Source: a virus
Virus record (IMG/VR): IMGVR_UViG_3300044274_000281
DNA: 38,526 nucleotides
Reading direction: 5' to 3' (one strand)
In this document: in pieces, positions 7,128 through 14,067 of the stretch
How the letters are laid out: every line of letters begins with the position of its first letter
Numbering within the stretch: position 1 is the first letter of the stretch
Position numbers and translations under genes: made by a program
Notes under the pieces: model-generated
Told to the model about the DNA's origin: nothing
Seen by the model: the letters and a program-made list of their open reading frames with translations, nothing else
Database searches by the model: none

Positions 7128-8865
7128 GTTGAATTGTATTTTTTTCTACTTCTAAAATGTTGATTAATGCTCTGGCCAGTGTACCTTTTTTCTTGTGGTG
7201 TTTCTTTTCCAAACTTTCTACATAGCCTGTTAATTCTTCAAATCTGCATCTGCCTTTCAAATACTTACGTGCGCGTAAAGTAATTTTATGAGTCAGTTCT
7301 CTTTGCTTCTTTTTTTGGAGTGAATCTTTGTTTTTATCAGCTTCGTTCTTTAGATAATTTTCATGCTTTTTGAAGTGTTTTTTCGTATATCCAAAGCCAC
7401 CTTCGTAGGAATTGGTTCGTGTGAGATTGAAATATTCTCTTGGGTATAGCAGTTTATAATCAGGATATCTGGAACAGTAGCTTATTACCCATTTAAGGCG
7501 CCAGCGAAACTCTTCAAGTTTTTCTAGCTGATATTGTTTGGAATAAATACCAGATGTTTTGCTGAAAAAATAGTTATAAAAAAAGTATTTTATTGTGTTG
7601 GTCCATTCACCTTGGTATACTTTTTTGTCTTTAAATATTCGGGCGGTGGTGCATATAAAGTCATAGATAATTATTCGCCTAAACTGCTCTTTATCAATAG
7701 TTCCATACTGTGCTTCCCAAATCAAGTCTCGCATTGGTAAAGGTCTGTAGTTATTATGTATTCCTGCGGCTAGTTCATTAGCCAATTCATACACACTTTT
7801 ATTGTATAGCACACGAAATGACTCTCTTATCGGGAAAATTTCTTTTCTTTTTTTTGCCGCAGCTTTTTTTTCTTTTGGCGCAGCCGCCGCAACTTGCTTC
7901 CCTGTGTTCCTATAGAATTCTGATCCGTTAGGATCACTTATCGCAGAATTGGAAACCTGTGGATAGAGAACCGACTGAACCTTTTTTAAAGCTTCCAATT
8001 CTTCCTTATCTATGGCATCTGCTTTAGCAGTAGCCTTATTATTTTTATGTTGAACTTGGTTACTATAGGAACTGTTGTTATATCCGTATTTTGCTGTGAA
8101 ATCCCCTGTATCGGTATATTTTTCGTAAGGTTTGTATCCGTCAGATATGCGAAGAACCAAAGGGTTTAGCTTTGCCATTGGAGCGTAATCATAGCCTCGG
8201 AACCTGTATTCTTCAATCACTCCACAGTCCAATAATCGCGCTATGTGTCTATGAATTGTATCTTTATCTAGATCTAACTTTGGGACCTCAGTACTAGTGC
8301 CCAGATCCAAGTTTACATTTAACAATGATTTTGCACTTAGTGGAAATTCATATCCTTCATCCAGACGCAATTGGGTTGATTCATTTGCTTGTAAGCACCA
8401 TAGGTTTCTTCCCTTTAATTTATAGGCGCAATGACTGAGAATAGCTGCAAATATTTGTTTACTGGCTTGCTTTACTTTATGATGTTTCTTCTTTCTGATT
8501 TTAACGCGATTGTCGGCATTAAACTCATTTACATGGGCGTTGTATAGTTTTACAGGAATAGTGCAACGTCCGTATGTTTCTCGAAGTCTACGATCGTATT
8601 TGTCCTTCATTTTAAAGATATCCTGCTCCTGGACAACCTTCATCTGGACCATTTTGTCAATCAAACTGTTGTGGTTGTCTACATCGTTGTTTAATTTTAC
8701 CAGCGTAGTATTGTTATACTCGTGTACAAATAATGAGTAATTATCAAGTGACTGCTTAAAGTCTTCTGATGTAATTACTGGATAAGTAAGGCTCGGCGGT
8801 TGTGCACTATCATAGATAGCTGATACCGCCGAAACACCTTGCTTCCTGTGCCTTGACTGTAACAT
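7105..8865 (-). CDS. Large hypothetical protein; possible winged-helix DNA-binding / replication-initiation protein
   Basis: ATG at 8865 (MLQSRHRKQG...); the track start at 8889 is GTG inside a hairpin. wHTH-like DTIHRHIARLLDCGVIEEY, a basic Ala/Lys linker, and no Walker A motif. Function is inferred from position and size only. Confidence 0.7.
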   Translation of the reverse strand: MLQSRHRKQGVSAVSAIYDSAQPPSLTYPVITSEDFKQSLDNYSLFVHEYNNTTLVKLNNDVDNHNSLIDKMVQMKVVQEQDIFKMKDKYDRRLRETYGRCTIPVKLYNAHVNEFNADNRVKIRKKKHHKVKQASKQIFAAILSHCAYKLKGRNLWCLQANESTQLRLDEGYEFPLSAKSLLNVNLDLGTSTEVPKLDLDKDTIHRHIARLLDCGVIEEYRFRGYDYAPMAKLNPLVLRISDGYKPYEKYTDTGDFTAKYGYNNSSYSNQVQHKNNKATAKADAIDKEELEALKKVQSVLYPQVSNSAISDPNGSEFYRNTGKQVAAAAPKEKKAAAKKRKEIFPIRESFRVLYNKSVYELANELAAGIHNNYRPLPMRDLIWEAQYGTIDKEQFRRIIIYDFICTTARIFKDKKVYQGEWTNTIKYFFYNYFFSKTSGIYSKQYQLEKLEEFRWRLKWVISYCSRYPDYKLLYPREYFNLTRTNSYEGGFGYTKKHFKKHENYLKNEADKNKDSLQKKKQRELTHKITLRARKYLKGRCRFEELTGYVESLEKKHHKKKGTLARALINILEVEKNTIQHAQNQQL

Positions 8866-8880
8866 ATTATGTTTATTTAT

Positions 8881-8923
8881 GAAACTCACTGCTAGTCGCC
8901 AAACTATATAGGCAGTGGGTTTC
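8881..8923. other. 12-bp stem hairpin between the tRNA-Met gene and the 594-aa gene
   Basis: GAAACTCACTGC - 19 nt - GCAGTGGGTTTC (one G-U). The T-run follows only on the plus strand. Confidence 0.5.
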
Positions 8924-8936
8924 TTTTATTACTTTG

Positions 8937-9009
8937 TAGCGGGGACAGGACTCGAACCTGTAACCTCTGGGTTATGAGCCCAGCGAGCTACCATTTGCTC
9001 TACCCCGCG
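8937..9009 (-). tRNA. tRNA-Met (anticodon CAT) with initiator-type features
   Basis: 73-nt cloverleaf: CGCGGGG-TA-GAGC-AAATGGTA-GCTC-G-CTGGG-CTCATAA-CCCAG-AGGTT-ACAGG-TTCGAGT-CCTGT-CCCCGCT-A. It has a C1/U72 mismatch, A11:U24, and three G:C pairs closing the anticodon stem. Confidence 0.9.
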
Positions 9010-9064
9010 TGAGGTTTTAACTAACAACAATAAAATTTAGCCTTTCAAATAAACTACCTCCTGA

Positions 9065-9238
9065 TTATTTTTTAGAAACTCTTAGTTGTCCAATCCAATC
9101 TTCAAATCCATCTTTCGGGTGTTTTTCTACCTCCTTTGCCAAATACTTATCATGTAAGGTTATGGCAATGATTGTAGTTAGGATTCCAACGGCAAAGCCG
9201 CCAAAAGCCGCAATAATTGTTAAATAATTTACTTCCAT
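9065..9238 (-). CDS. 57-aa single-pass membrane protein (below ORF-track cutoff)
   Basis: MEVNYLTIIAAFGGFAVGILTTIIAITLHDKYLAKEVEKHPKDGFEDWIGQLRVSKK. The ATG lies 7 nt after the upstream stop. Confidence 0.45.
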   Translation of the reverse strand: MEVNYLTIIAAFGGFAVGILTTIIAITLHDKYLAKEVEKHPKDGFEDWIGQLRVSKK

Positions 9239-9245
9239 CATTTCT

Positions 9246-9935
9246 TTAATTATGATGATGGTTTGTTATTTCAGGATCATACGCTTCTTTTCCCCAAGCT
9301 GTCACGATCAAATATCCTCCTTTCACTTTCTTGAATACTATGGGATCATCCACAAGAATGTGATTGTCTTTGATCTCATCGGGATCGTGCTTCATCATCT
9401 CTGCAGGAGCTGCAATCATGAATTCCTCCATTCTCATCATTGTAGCGAGTCCATCCATTTGTTCTCTGAGCCTTGATCCAGAAAATGGATTAAATATTGA
9501 AGGTACTGATCCTGCAGAAAGCAAGGATGATTCCATACTTAAAAAAAGATCATCTGAATTCTTACGGCTTAGATTTCTCTTGTATAATTTTTTAAACGTT
9601 TGTATATCTTCCAAGTTTTTATCTGGAATGTCTCCTAAATAGCGGCGCGTGTTACCAAATAATAATCCGTATTTTTCACAGACTCTTTTAATACCTTCTT
9701 CCGTGATGAATCTGTAAGGCATTCCAATTTTGATATACTCTAAGGCAGAAGTGACCGACTTGTAGTCTTCTACTGGAACTGCATTAATAAATCCAAATTC
9801 CTTTACCTTTTCCGATTTAGCCTGTAGACTTTCCAATTCAGACTCGGTCATTGCGCTTGCTCTGTTTGTGACTTGCTGAGATTCTTTGTAGAAATCATTC
9901 AAGATCACTTCTGCTGTAATAGCTTCAGTACTCAT
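9246..9935 (-). CDS. Hypothetical protein
   Basis: 229-aa ORF in the leftward block. No recognised motif. Confidence 0.75.
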   Translation of the reverse strand: MSTEAITAEVILNDFYKESQQVTNRASAMTESELESLQAKSEKVKEFGFINAVPVEDYKSVTSALEYIKIGMPYRFITEEGIKRVCEKYGLLFGNTRRYLGDIPDKNLEDIQTFKKLYKRNLSRKNSDDLFLSMESSLLSAGSVPSIFNPFSGSRLREQMDGLATMMRMEEFMIAAPAEMMKHDPDEIKDNHILVDDPIVFKKVKGGYLIVTAWGKEAYDPEITNHHHN

Positions 9936-9955
9936 AAAAAATTGTTTTTAAAATT

Positions 9956-10205
9956 TGCCAGCAGTCAGGAATCGAACCTGCAACAGTCTAACATTTAAGC
10001 TATCATTTTTACGTTTCAAGCACCTGTTTCCGAAAACTCGTTGAGTTTCCCTGCTATGTGTGACCAAGTGGAGTTCCTTTCAATCTCCCGCTAAAGTCTT
10101 GCAAGTTATTAACCGAGTGGCATGCATTCTCGTAGACACAACAGTCTTGACTGCGAAATGTTTGTCAAACCCTGTTTTCCGTGTGCCGTTTCCTCGCGTG
10201 TAATA
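9956..10205 (-). ncRNA. Candidate structured RNA with a tRNA-like T arm at its 3' end (not a canonical tRNA)
   Basis: ORF-free, G+C-elevated gap. The minus strand ends ...GCAGG-TTCGATT-CCTGA-CTGCTGG-CA, containing GGTTCGATTCC. It also has an internal duplication: CGGAAA(A)CAGG..TTGA(C)AAAC..AGACTGTTG occurs twice. Confidence 0.35.
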
Positions 10206-10218
10206 CTATAAAAGCCTT

Positions 10219-10470
10219 TTATTTTTTAGGCGCATTGTAGTCGCACCCTTTTTCATCAGATGTTACTTCCTGTTGACTTATTTTGACTTCACCAAATGAT
10301 AAACGCCCTTCGTCAAACCATTGTGCTTCTGGGTACTTCTTGGTGTCATCACAATCGGGTTTTACCAAATATTGATCACATCCAGTTAAGTATTCGGCAT
10401 GCCCAACAATTACTCCACTAAATTGTGTAATCTTGTCTGTGGCAGTTCTTCCTAAATTTTGATTTTTCAT
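10219..10470 (-). CDS. Hypothetical protein
   Basis: 83-aa ORF. Confidence 0.7.
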   Translation of the reverse strand: MKNQNLGRTATDKITQFSGVIVGHAEYLTGCDQYLVKPDCDDTKKYPEAQWFDEGRLSFGEVKISQQEVTSDEKGCDYNAPKK

Positions 10471-10482
10471 AATTTCACGGCT

Positions 10483-10602
10483 TTAATGCTTTAGTCCGCA
10501 TTGATTACAGTACGGATAACCATCTTTGTTATACTTCACTTTGGTTTCAATCTCGCATTCAAAACAGTAAAGTCTTGGTGGTATATATGATTCTGATTCC
10601 AT
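10483..10602 (-). CDS. 39-aa zinc-ribbon micro-protein (below ORF-track cutoff)
   Basis: MESESYIPPRLYCFECEIETKVKYNKDGYPYCNQCGLKH (CxxC-N16-CxxC). Starts 2 nt after the upstream stop. Confidence 0.45.
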   Translation of the reverse strand: MESESYIPPRLYCFECEIETKVKYNKDGYPYCNQCGLKH

Positions 10603-10604
10603 AT

Positions 10605-10817
10605 TTAAACAGCGACTAATTCTGGATCATTAACTTCAATTTCATTTGCTCTCACTGTATCTAGTTTATTGTTGAGACGTATGAGCGTGTTCTGTAAGTG
10701 CTTTCGATTTTCAATTTTCTGATCACCTTTGATTGAATTGTCAGAATCAAGATTGATGATTGATTGCTGAATATTGTCAATGTCTTGCTGAAGCTGTTGT
10801 ATTTCAGGATTTTCCAT
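10605..10817 (-). CDS. Hypothetical coiled-coil protein
   Basis: 70-aa ORF, heptad-like and Q/N/D-rich. Confidence 0.65.
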   Translation of the reverse strand: MENPEIQQLQQDIDNIQQSIINLDSDNSIKGDQKIENRKHLQNTLIRLNNKLDTVRANEIEVNDPELVAV

Positions 10818-10832
10818 ACTTAGACAATTTGG

Positions 10833-10896
10833 TTAGGTTAAATGAGTGCGGCGTTGCTTCCGCACTCACTACGCTTAAAAATATTATTTAACCTAA
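10833..10896. promoter_or_regulatory. Nested inverted repeats upstream of the 10817 gene
   Basis: Outer 11-bp IR TTAGGTTAAAT (10833-10843) / ATTTAACCTAA (10886-10896). It encloses a 9-bp G+C-rich stem TGAGTGCGG (10843-10851) / CCGCACTCA (10860-10868). Confidence 0.4.
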
Positions 10897-11142
10897 AAAT
10901 TATATTATGCCTACTCTGATCAGTTTTCGGCTTCCCTGTTATCTTTAAAATGCTCGTCTTTCCGAGCCGTCAGACTCAATTCATCGTTTGTCTTTTGAAT
11001 TCCCGTCTGTCTTGTCATTTCACTATTCTTTCCAAGATGTCATCGGTTAGGTTGACCGCCACCGAAAGGTCAAGACGTAATCAATTGAGTCGCTTCTTAC
11101 ATATTGAATGGGTTACGTTCATGCAATTGCTATATTTTAAAA

Positions 11143-11361
11143 TCATCGCTTTACTTGATTTCGTTTCAAATTCCTATTGATAATACTGTTTACTGTGAGT
11201 TCGGAAATTCCAAAGTGTTTACCAACTACCCAAAGTCGATTGTCTTCTTGGGTGTTGAAATACTCCATCACGTCAGCGTCTGTGTATGTAACTTTATCAT
11301 GTTTCATTGCTTGACTATTTTCCAGTTTTTTGCATAGTTTTTTACATATTCTTGTAAACAT
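11143..11361 (-). CDS. Small HTH DNA-binding protein
   Basis: HTH-like segment WVVGKHFGISELTVNSIINRN. ATG at 11361, or alternatively 11307 (MKHDKV...). The track start at 11379 is TTG. Confidence 0.55.
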   Translation of the reverse strand: MFTRICKKLCKKLENSQAMKHDKVTYTDADVMEYFNTQEDNRLWVVGKHFGISELTVNSIINRNLKRNQVKR

Positions 11362-11431
11362 TTTGCCATGGTAGCACAATGTATTTCTTTAATAGCTGTT
11401 CCCTTTTTTCGTTGTAATACTATCTTTGGCA

Positions 11432-11785
11432 TCACTCATAACCTTTTAGTTTCCGAACGCGCTTTACTTCGTCCGTTAGTATTTTTGTGGTGCCAGTTGA
11501 GTCTGGGAAAACGGAATCTTTTCTAAAGGTTCCATTCTTGGTCCAGGTACTGATTGTATTAAATGTCTTTGGGATGATTTTGTTTTTTGAAATCTCGTGA
11601 ATGGTCAAACTCTTTTTGCGTAGTAGTTTCGCTTGCGTTTTTCTGAGTTCTGCTTCTTCATTTTGATTGTTGGCAAACGCTGCTGGAACGATGACCAGAT
11701 TTTGCTGCTTTAAATACGAAACAAACTGCGGCATAAATTCCTGCACGTCTATCAATCCTTGTTGTATGTTTACCGAGCCATCCAT
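11432..11785 (-). CDS. Hypothetical protein, possible HTH (excisionase-like) C-terminal half
   Basis: 117 aa. LTIHEISKNKIIPKTFNTISTWTKNG resembles the excisionase-family HTH pattern. This is a weak call. Confidence 0.6.
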   Translation of the reverse strand: MDGSVNIQQGLIDVQEFMPQFVSYLKQQNLVIVPAAFANNQNEEAELRKTQAKLLRKKSLTIHEISKNKIIPKTFNTISTWTKNGTFRKDSVFPDSTGTTKILTDEVKRVRKLKGYE

Positions 11786-12153
11786 TATTTTAAAGCTAAT
11801 TGTAGTTGCTCGTCTTCTTCTGCATGAAGCAACTCGTTAAAAATGGGAAGTCTTATGTTCCAATATTCACAGAACACTGTTTTTAAGGTCAAATACGCCT
11901 TTTTCATTACATCTTCGGAAATCGGTACACCACTTGTACTAATGCCCGATAGTAGGATGCTGTAATAAACTTTTGGGTTTTTTGCTTTGGAGAGTTGCCT
12001 TTGCGCCTCTTGGCGAATTTCTTTGTTGGATGCATCATTTATCCATACAAAACGGTCATGATACGTAAGCGTTTTCAAAGTATCTGTTACGACTATAGTG
12101 TCGTTGTCGGACTTTTTGTTTATTTTGACGCTTCGTTGGCACATAATTGGCAA
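11785..12153 (-). CDS. Hypothetical protein, first gene of the leftward early operon
   Basis: 122-aa ORF directly downstream of the divergent promoter region. 1-nt overlap with the next gene. Confidence 0.7.
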   Translation of the reverse strand: MPIMCQRSVKINKKSDNDTIVVTDTLKTLTYHDRFVWINDASNKEIRQEAQRQLSKAKNPKVYYSILLSGISTSGVPISEDVMKKAYLTLKTVFCEYWNIRLPIFNELLHAEEDEQLQLALK

Positions 12154-12194
12154 ATTCTTGTTAAATTGTGTTCGATTTGTTTAATATTGTTATA

Positions 12195-12211
12195 CAAACA
12201 TAATACATTTG
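12195..12211. promoter_or_regulatory. Back-to-back divergent -7 boxes of the lysis/lysogeny switch
   Basis: caaacata (12195-12202) reads TATGTTTG on the minus strand. TACATTTG lies at 12204-12211 on the plus strand. Both match TAnnTTTG. Confidence 0.5.
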
Positions 12212-12235
12212 GCATAAAAACAAAACATTTGGCAT
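12202..12235. promoter_or_regulatory. Operator-like repeats ACATTTGGCAT x2 in the switch region
   Basis: AATACATTTGGCATAAA at 12202-12218 and AACATTTGGCAT at 12224-12235. A third, exact 17-nt copy lies at 12438-12454 inside the repressor CDS. Confidence 0.45.
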
Positions 12236-12257
12236 GTTTTTTTAACATTTTTTTTTT

Positions 12258-12701
12258 GTGAATAATACCTCCCAAAAAATATCTCAGATAATTCATGAGC
12301 TAAAGCTTAATAATAATTCCTTTGCTAAAGCTCTGGGAGTCACCAATCCAACTATAGATGGAATGACGAAAGGTAGATTGAGAAGTGGGGAATTAGTAGT
12401 GACAAAACCAAGCTTTGATATTATTCAAAAAATGGTCAATACATTTGGCATAAATCCTTTATTTCTATTTGATTTAAGTGACAAAATGTTTTTAAATGAT
12501 GATAAAAAAAGGGAAATAGATTCTTTTTCTGAAAGCGAAATAGTCAAACACGTATCAGAAAATTGGGAGAGATATCAAAGAAATGAAATAATGATTCAAA
12601 TCATTGATGGAATAAAAAAAGATGAAATGATAGATAGATTGCTAAAAGAAAAACAAAAGCTTATGAACTCTAAAAATCAAAAAAATACAGCCGAAAATTA
12701 G
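12258..12701 (+). CDS. XRE-family HTH repressor (CI-like)
   Basis: 147 aa with a GTG start. HTH: ISQIIHELKLNNNSFAKALGVTNPTIDGMTKGR. Divergent from the early operon. Confidence 0.75.
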   Translation: MNNTSQKISQIIHELKLNNNSFAKALGVTNPTIDGMTKGRLRSGELVVTKPSFDIIQKMVNTFGINPLFLFDLSDKMFLNDDKKREIDSFSESEIVKHVSENWERYQRNEIMIQIIDGIKKDEMIDRLLKEKQKLMNSKNQKNTAEN

Positions 12702-12901
12702 ATTTCTATATCATTTTTAAGAAGAAATATATCAAGTAACAAATTTTCTATTTTTTTGTCCTTTTCTTCATTCTCTTTTCTCAGTTTTTCTACAATAGTA
12801 TCAATCTCCTTTTGCAAATCACTATCAAAGATTTCCTTTTGTCTTGGAGTGACAAAAGTCTTTTTTCTAATTCTCAGTATGTTTAATATCTTTTTAAGCA
12901 T
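12698..12901 (-). CDS. Hypothetical coiled-coil protein
   Basis: 67-aa ORF. Its start abuts the stop of the 279-aa membrane-protein gene. Confidence 0.6.
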   Translation of the reverse strand: MLKKILNILRIRKKTFVTPRQKEIFDSDLQKEIDTIVEKLRKENEEKDKKIENLLLDIFLLKNDIEI

Positions 12902-13741
12902 CTAAGAATTTTTTATAGTGTTAATTAAGTCCTTTTCGAAATCTAATATTTGCTCTTCTAAATTTGACTCAGTTTCTAGGACTTCTCCGTATTTTTCAGC
13001 ATATCTAGCTTTAATGGCTATTTTAGGGTAATGTATGGTTCTTATTCTTTCTATAAAAGATAATTGATTCAATATGATATCTTCCCTGTAGGTGTAATTT
13101 TTCACTAAGAAATAAGTGAATGCAGAGAAAAGTATAGCACAAACAAGTAGAACTATAAAATATTTGTTTTTATTGAAATCATTTTGTGTTAAGAATATTA
13201 AATGAATAAAGTAGAAACAACTGACAATGACTCCCGAGATAGAAACCAAATGAAATTTAAATTTGCTGCTCCTTACGATATCATCATATAAAGATTTACA
13301 GCTAAAGAAGAAAAGTGCACTTACTAAACCAAAAGCGAATAACCAAAAATGAAAACTACTTCTTCCGCGAAAAGAATGTTCTCTTGCTAGCGCTTTTCTT
13401 TTATCAGATAGTGTTTTTAGACTTGATTTATAATGCTCCTTTTGCCTTCTAAGCTCTTCGATGAATTCTTTTTTTGATACTAAGTCTTTTTCAAATCTTA
13501 TTAATAGATCCTCTTCTGCCTTGTCTCTAACTTGAACTTCCTGCTTATATTTAGGCGCATGTAAAATTTGTTCTTTGGATTTTGATTCAAAAAAAACATG
13601 AAATAAAGACATAGTTACAATCAAAAATGCACCTATGCCTTTGATTATAGCTTTTAATTTAGTACTCTTCGTCTGTGTTTCCGTCATCGATTGTTCCGTC
13701 ATCGTCTGGGTCAACAACTTGGATTTCAGTTGATTCTTCAT
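12902..13741 (-). CDS. Polytopic membrane protein (4-5 TM segments, charged central helix)
   Basis: 279 aa. TM-like segments IGAFLIVTMSLFHVFF, FHFWLFAFGLVSALFFF, LVSISGVIVSCFYFIHLIF, YFIVLLVCAILFSAFTYFLV. The start may instead be the ATG at 13687 or 13702. Confidence 0.75.
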   Translation of the reverse strand: MKNQLKSKLLTQTMTEQSMTETQTKSTKLKAIIKGIGAFLIVTMSLFHVFFESKSKEQILHAPKYKQEVQVRDKAEEDLLIRFEKDLVSKKEFIEELRRQKEHYKSSLKTLSDKRKALAREHSFRGRSSFHFWLFAFGLVSALFFFSCKSLYDDIVRSSKFKFHLVSISGVIVSCFYFIHLIFLTQNDFNKNKYFIVLLVCAILFSAFTYFLVKNYTYREDIILNQLSFIERIRTIHYPKIAIKARYAEKYGEVLETESNLEEQILDFEKDLINTIKNS

Positions 13742-13817
13742 TTAATGCTTCTGGTGTACAAGAATTGAAAAATGAAAGGCTAAATAATAAAACGAAGATT
13801 AGTGATAATTTTTTCAT
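13659..13817 (-). CDS. 52-aa lipoprotein candidate (below ORF-track cutoff)
   Basis: MKKLSLIFVLLFSLSFFNSC-TPEALNEES...DDGNTDEEY: signal peptide plus Cys lipobox and an acidic tail. Exact TAnnTTTG box upstream. Overlaps the 5' end of the next ORF in another frame. Confidence 0.45.
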   Translation of the reverse strand: MKKLSLIFVLLFSLSFFNSCTPEALNEESTEIQVVDPDDDGTIDDGNTDEEY

Positions 13818-13847
13818 TATGTGATGATTTTAGAATTTGTTAATACA

Positions 13848-13855
13848 CAAATCTA
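13848..13855 (-). promoter_or_regulatory. -7 box TAGATTTG for the lipoprotein/membrane-protein operon
   Basis: Plus strand caaatcta. Exact TAnnTTTG, ~31 nt upstream of the ATG at 13817. Confidence 0.45.
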
Positions 13856-13971
13856 AAATCTTAAATCGTTCGTTTTCAGTATATAGCGTTTCTTTTTTTC
13901 ACGATTTTATGTTAATATTTTTTTTAAAAGTACACTAATTTTATTTGTACTTTATAAGTATTTGTTGTTTT

Positions 13972-14067
13972 TACGGTTTTACCGTACTAAAATTACGGTA
14001 TTTAATTTTACGGTTTTCCGTAATATTAAACTTTATTATCTATATGATTTTACGGCTTCCCGTAAAA
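13972..14067. promoter_or_regulatory. Cluster of TTACGG-N3/4-CCGTAA palindromes in a divergent intergenic region
   Basis: TACGGT-TTT-ACCGTA (13972-13986), extra half-site TACGGT (13994-13999), TTACGG-TTTT-CCGTAA (14008-14023), TTTTACGG-CTTC-CCGTAAAA (14048-14067). Confidence 0.55.

Noticed and set aside
9936-10218. tmRNA, group I intron-containing tRNA or long-variable-arm tRNA
   Set aside because: I could not find a 5' strand fully complementary to the acceptor-like 3' strand, a D arm with the GG loop, an anticodon arm, or a tag-peptide ORF/P-Q-R-S core. The region is kept only as an unclassified tRNA-like RNA candidate.
10950-11337. Plus-strand ORFs 10950-11180 and 11104-11337
   Set aside because: They have the wrong orientation for the leftward operon, overlap the minus-strand HTH gene, and show no start-site signals.
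12157-12236. Sigma-54 promoter at the TTGGCA repeats
   Set aside because: No TTGC -12 element lies at the required 4-5-nt spacing after TGGCA(T).
13972-14067. Possible CRISPR array or CRISPR-like repeats
   Set aside because: The repeats are short (15-20 nt) palindromes with irregular 7-24-nt spacing. They have no unique spacers of constant length and no cas genes.
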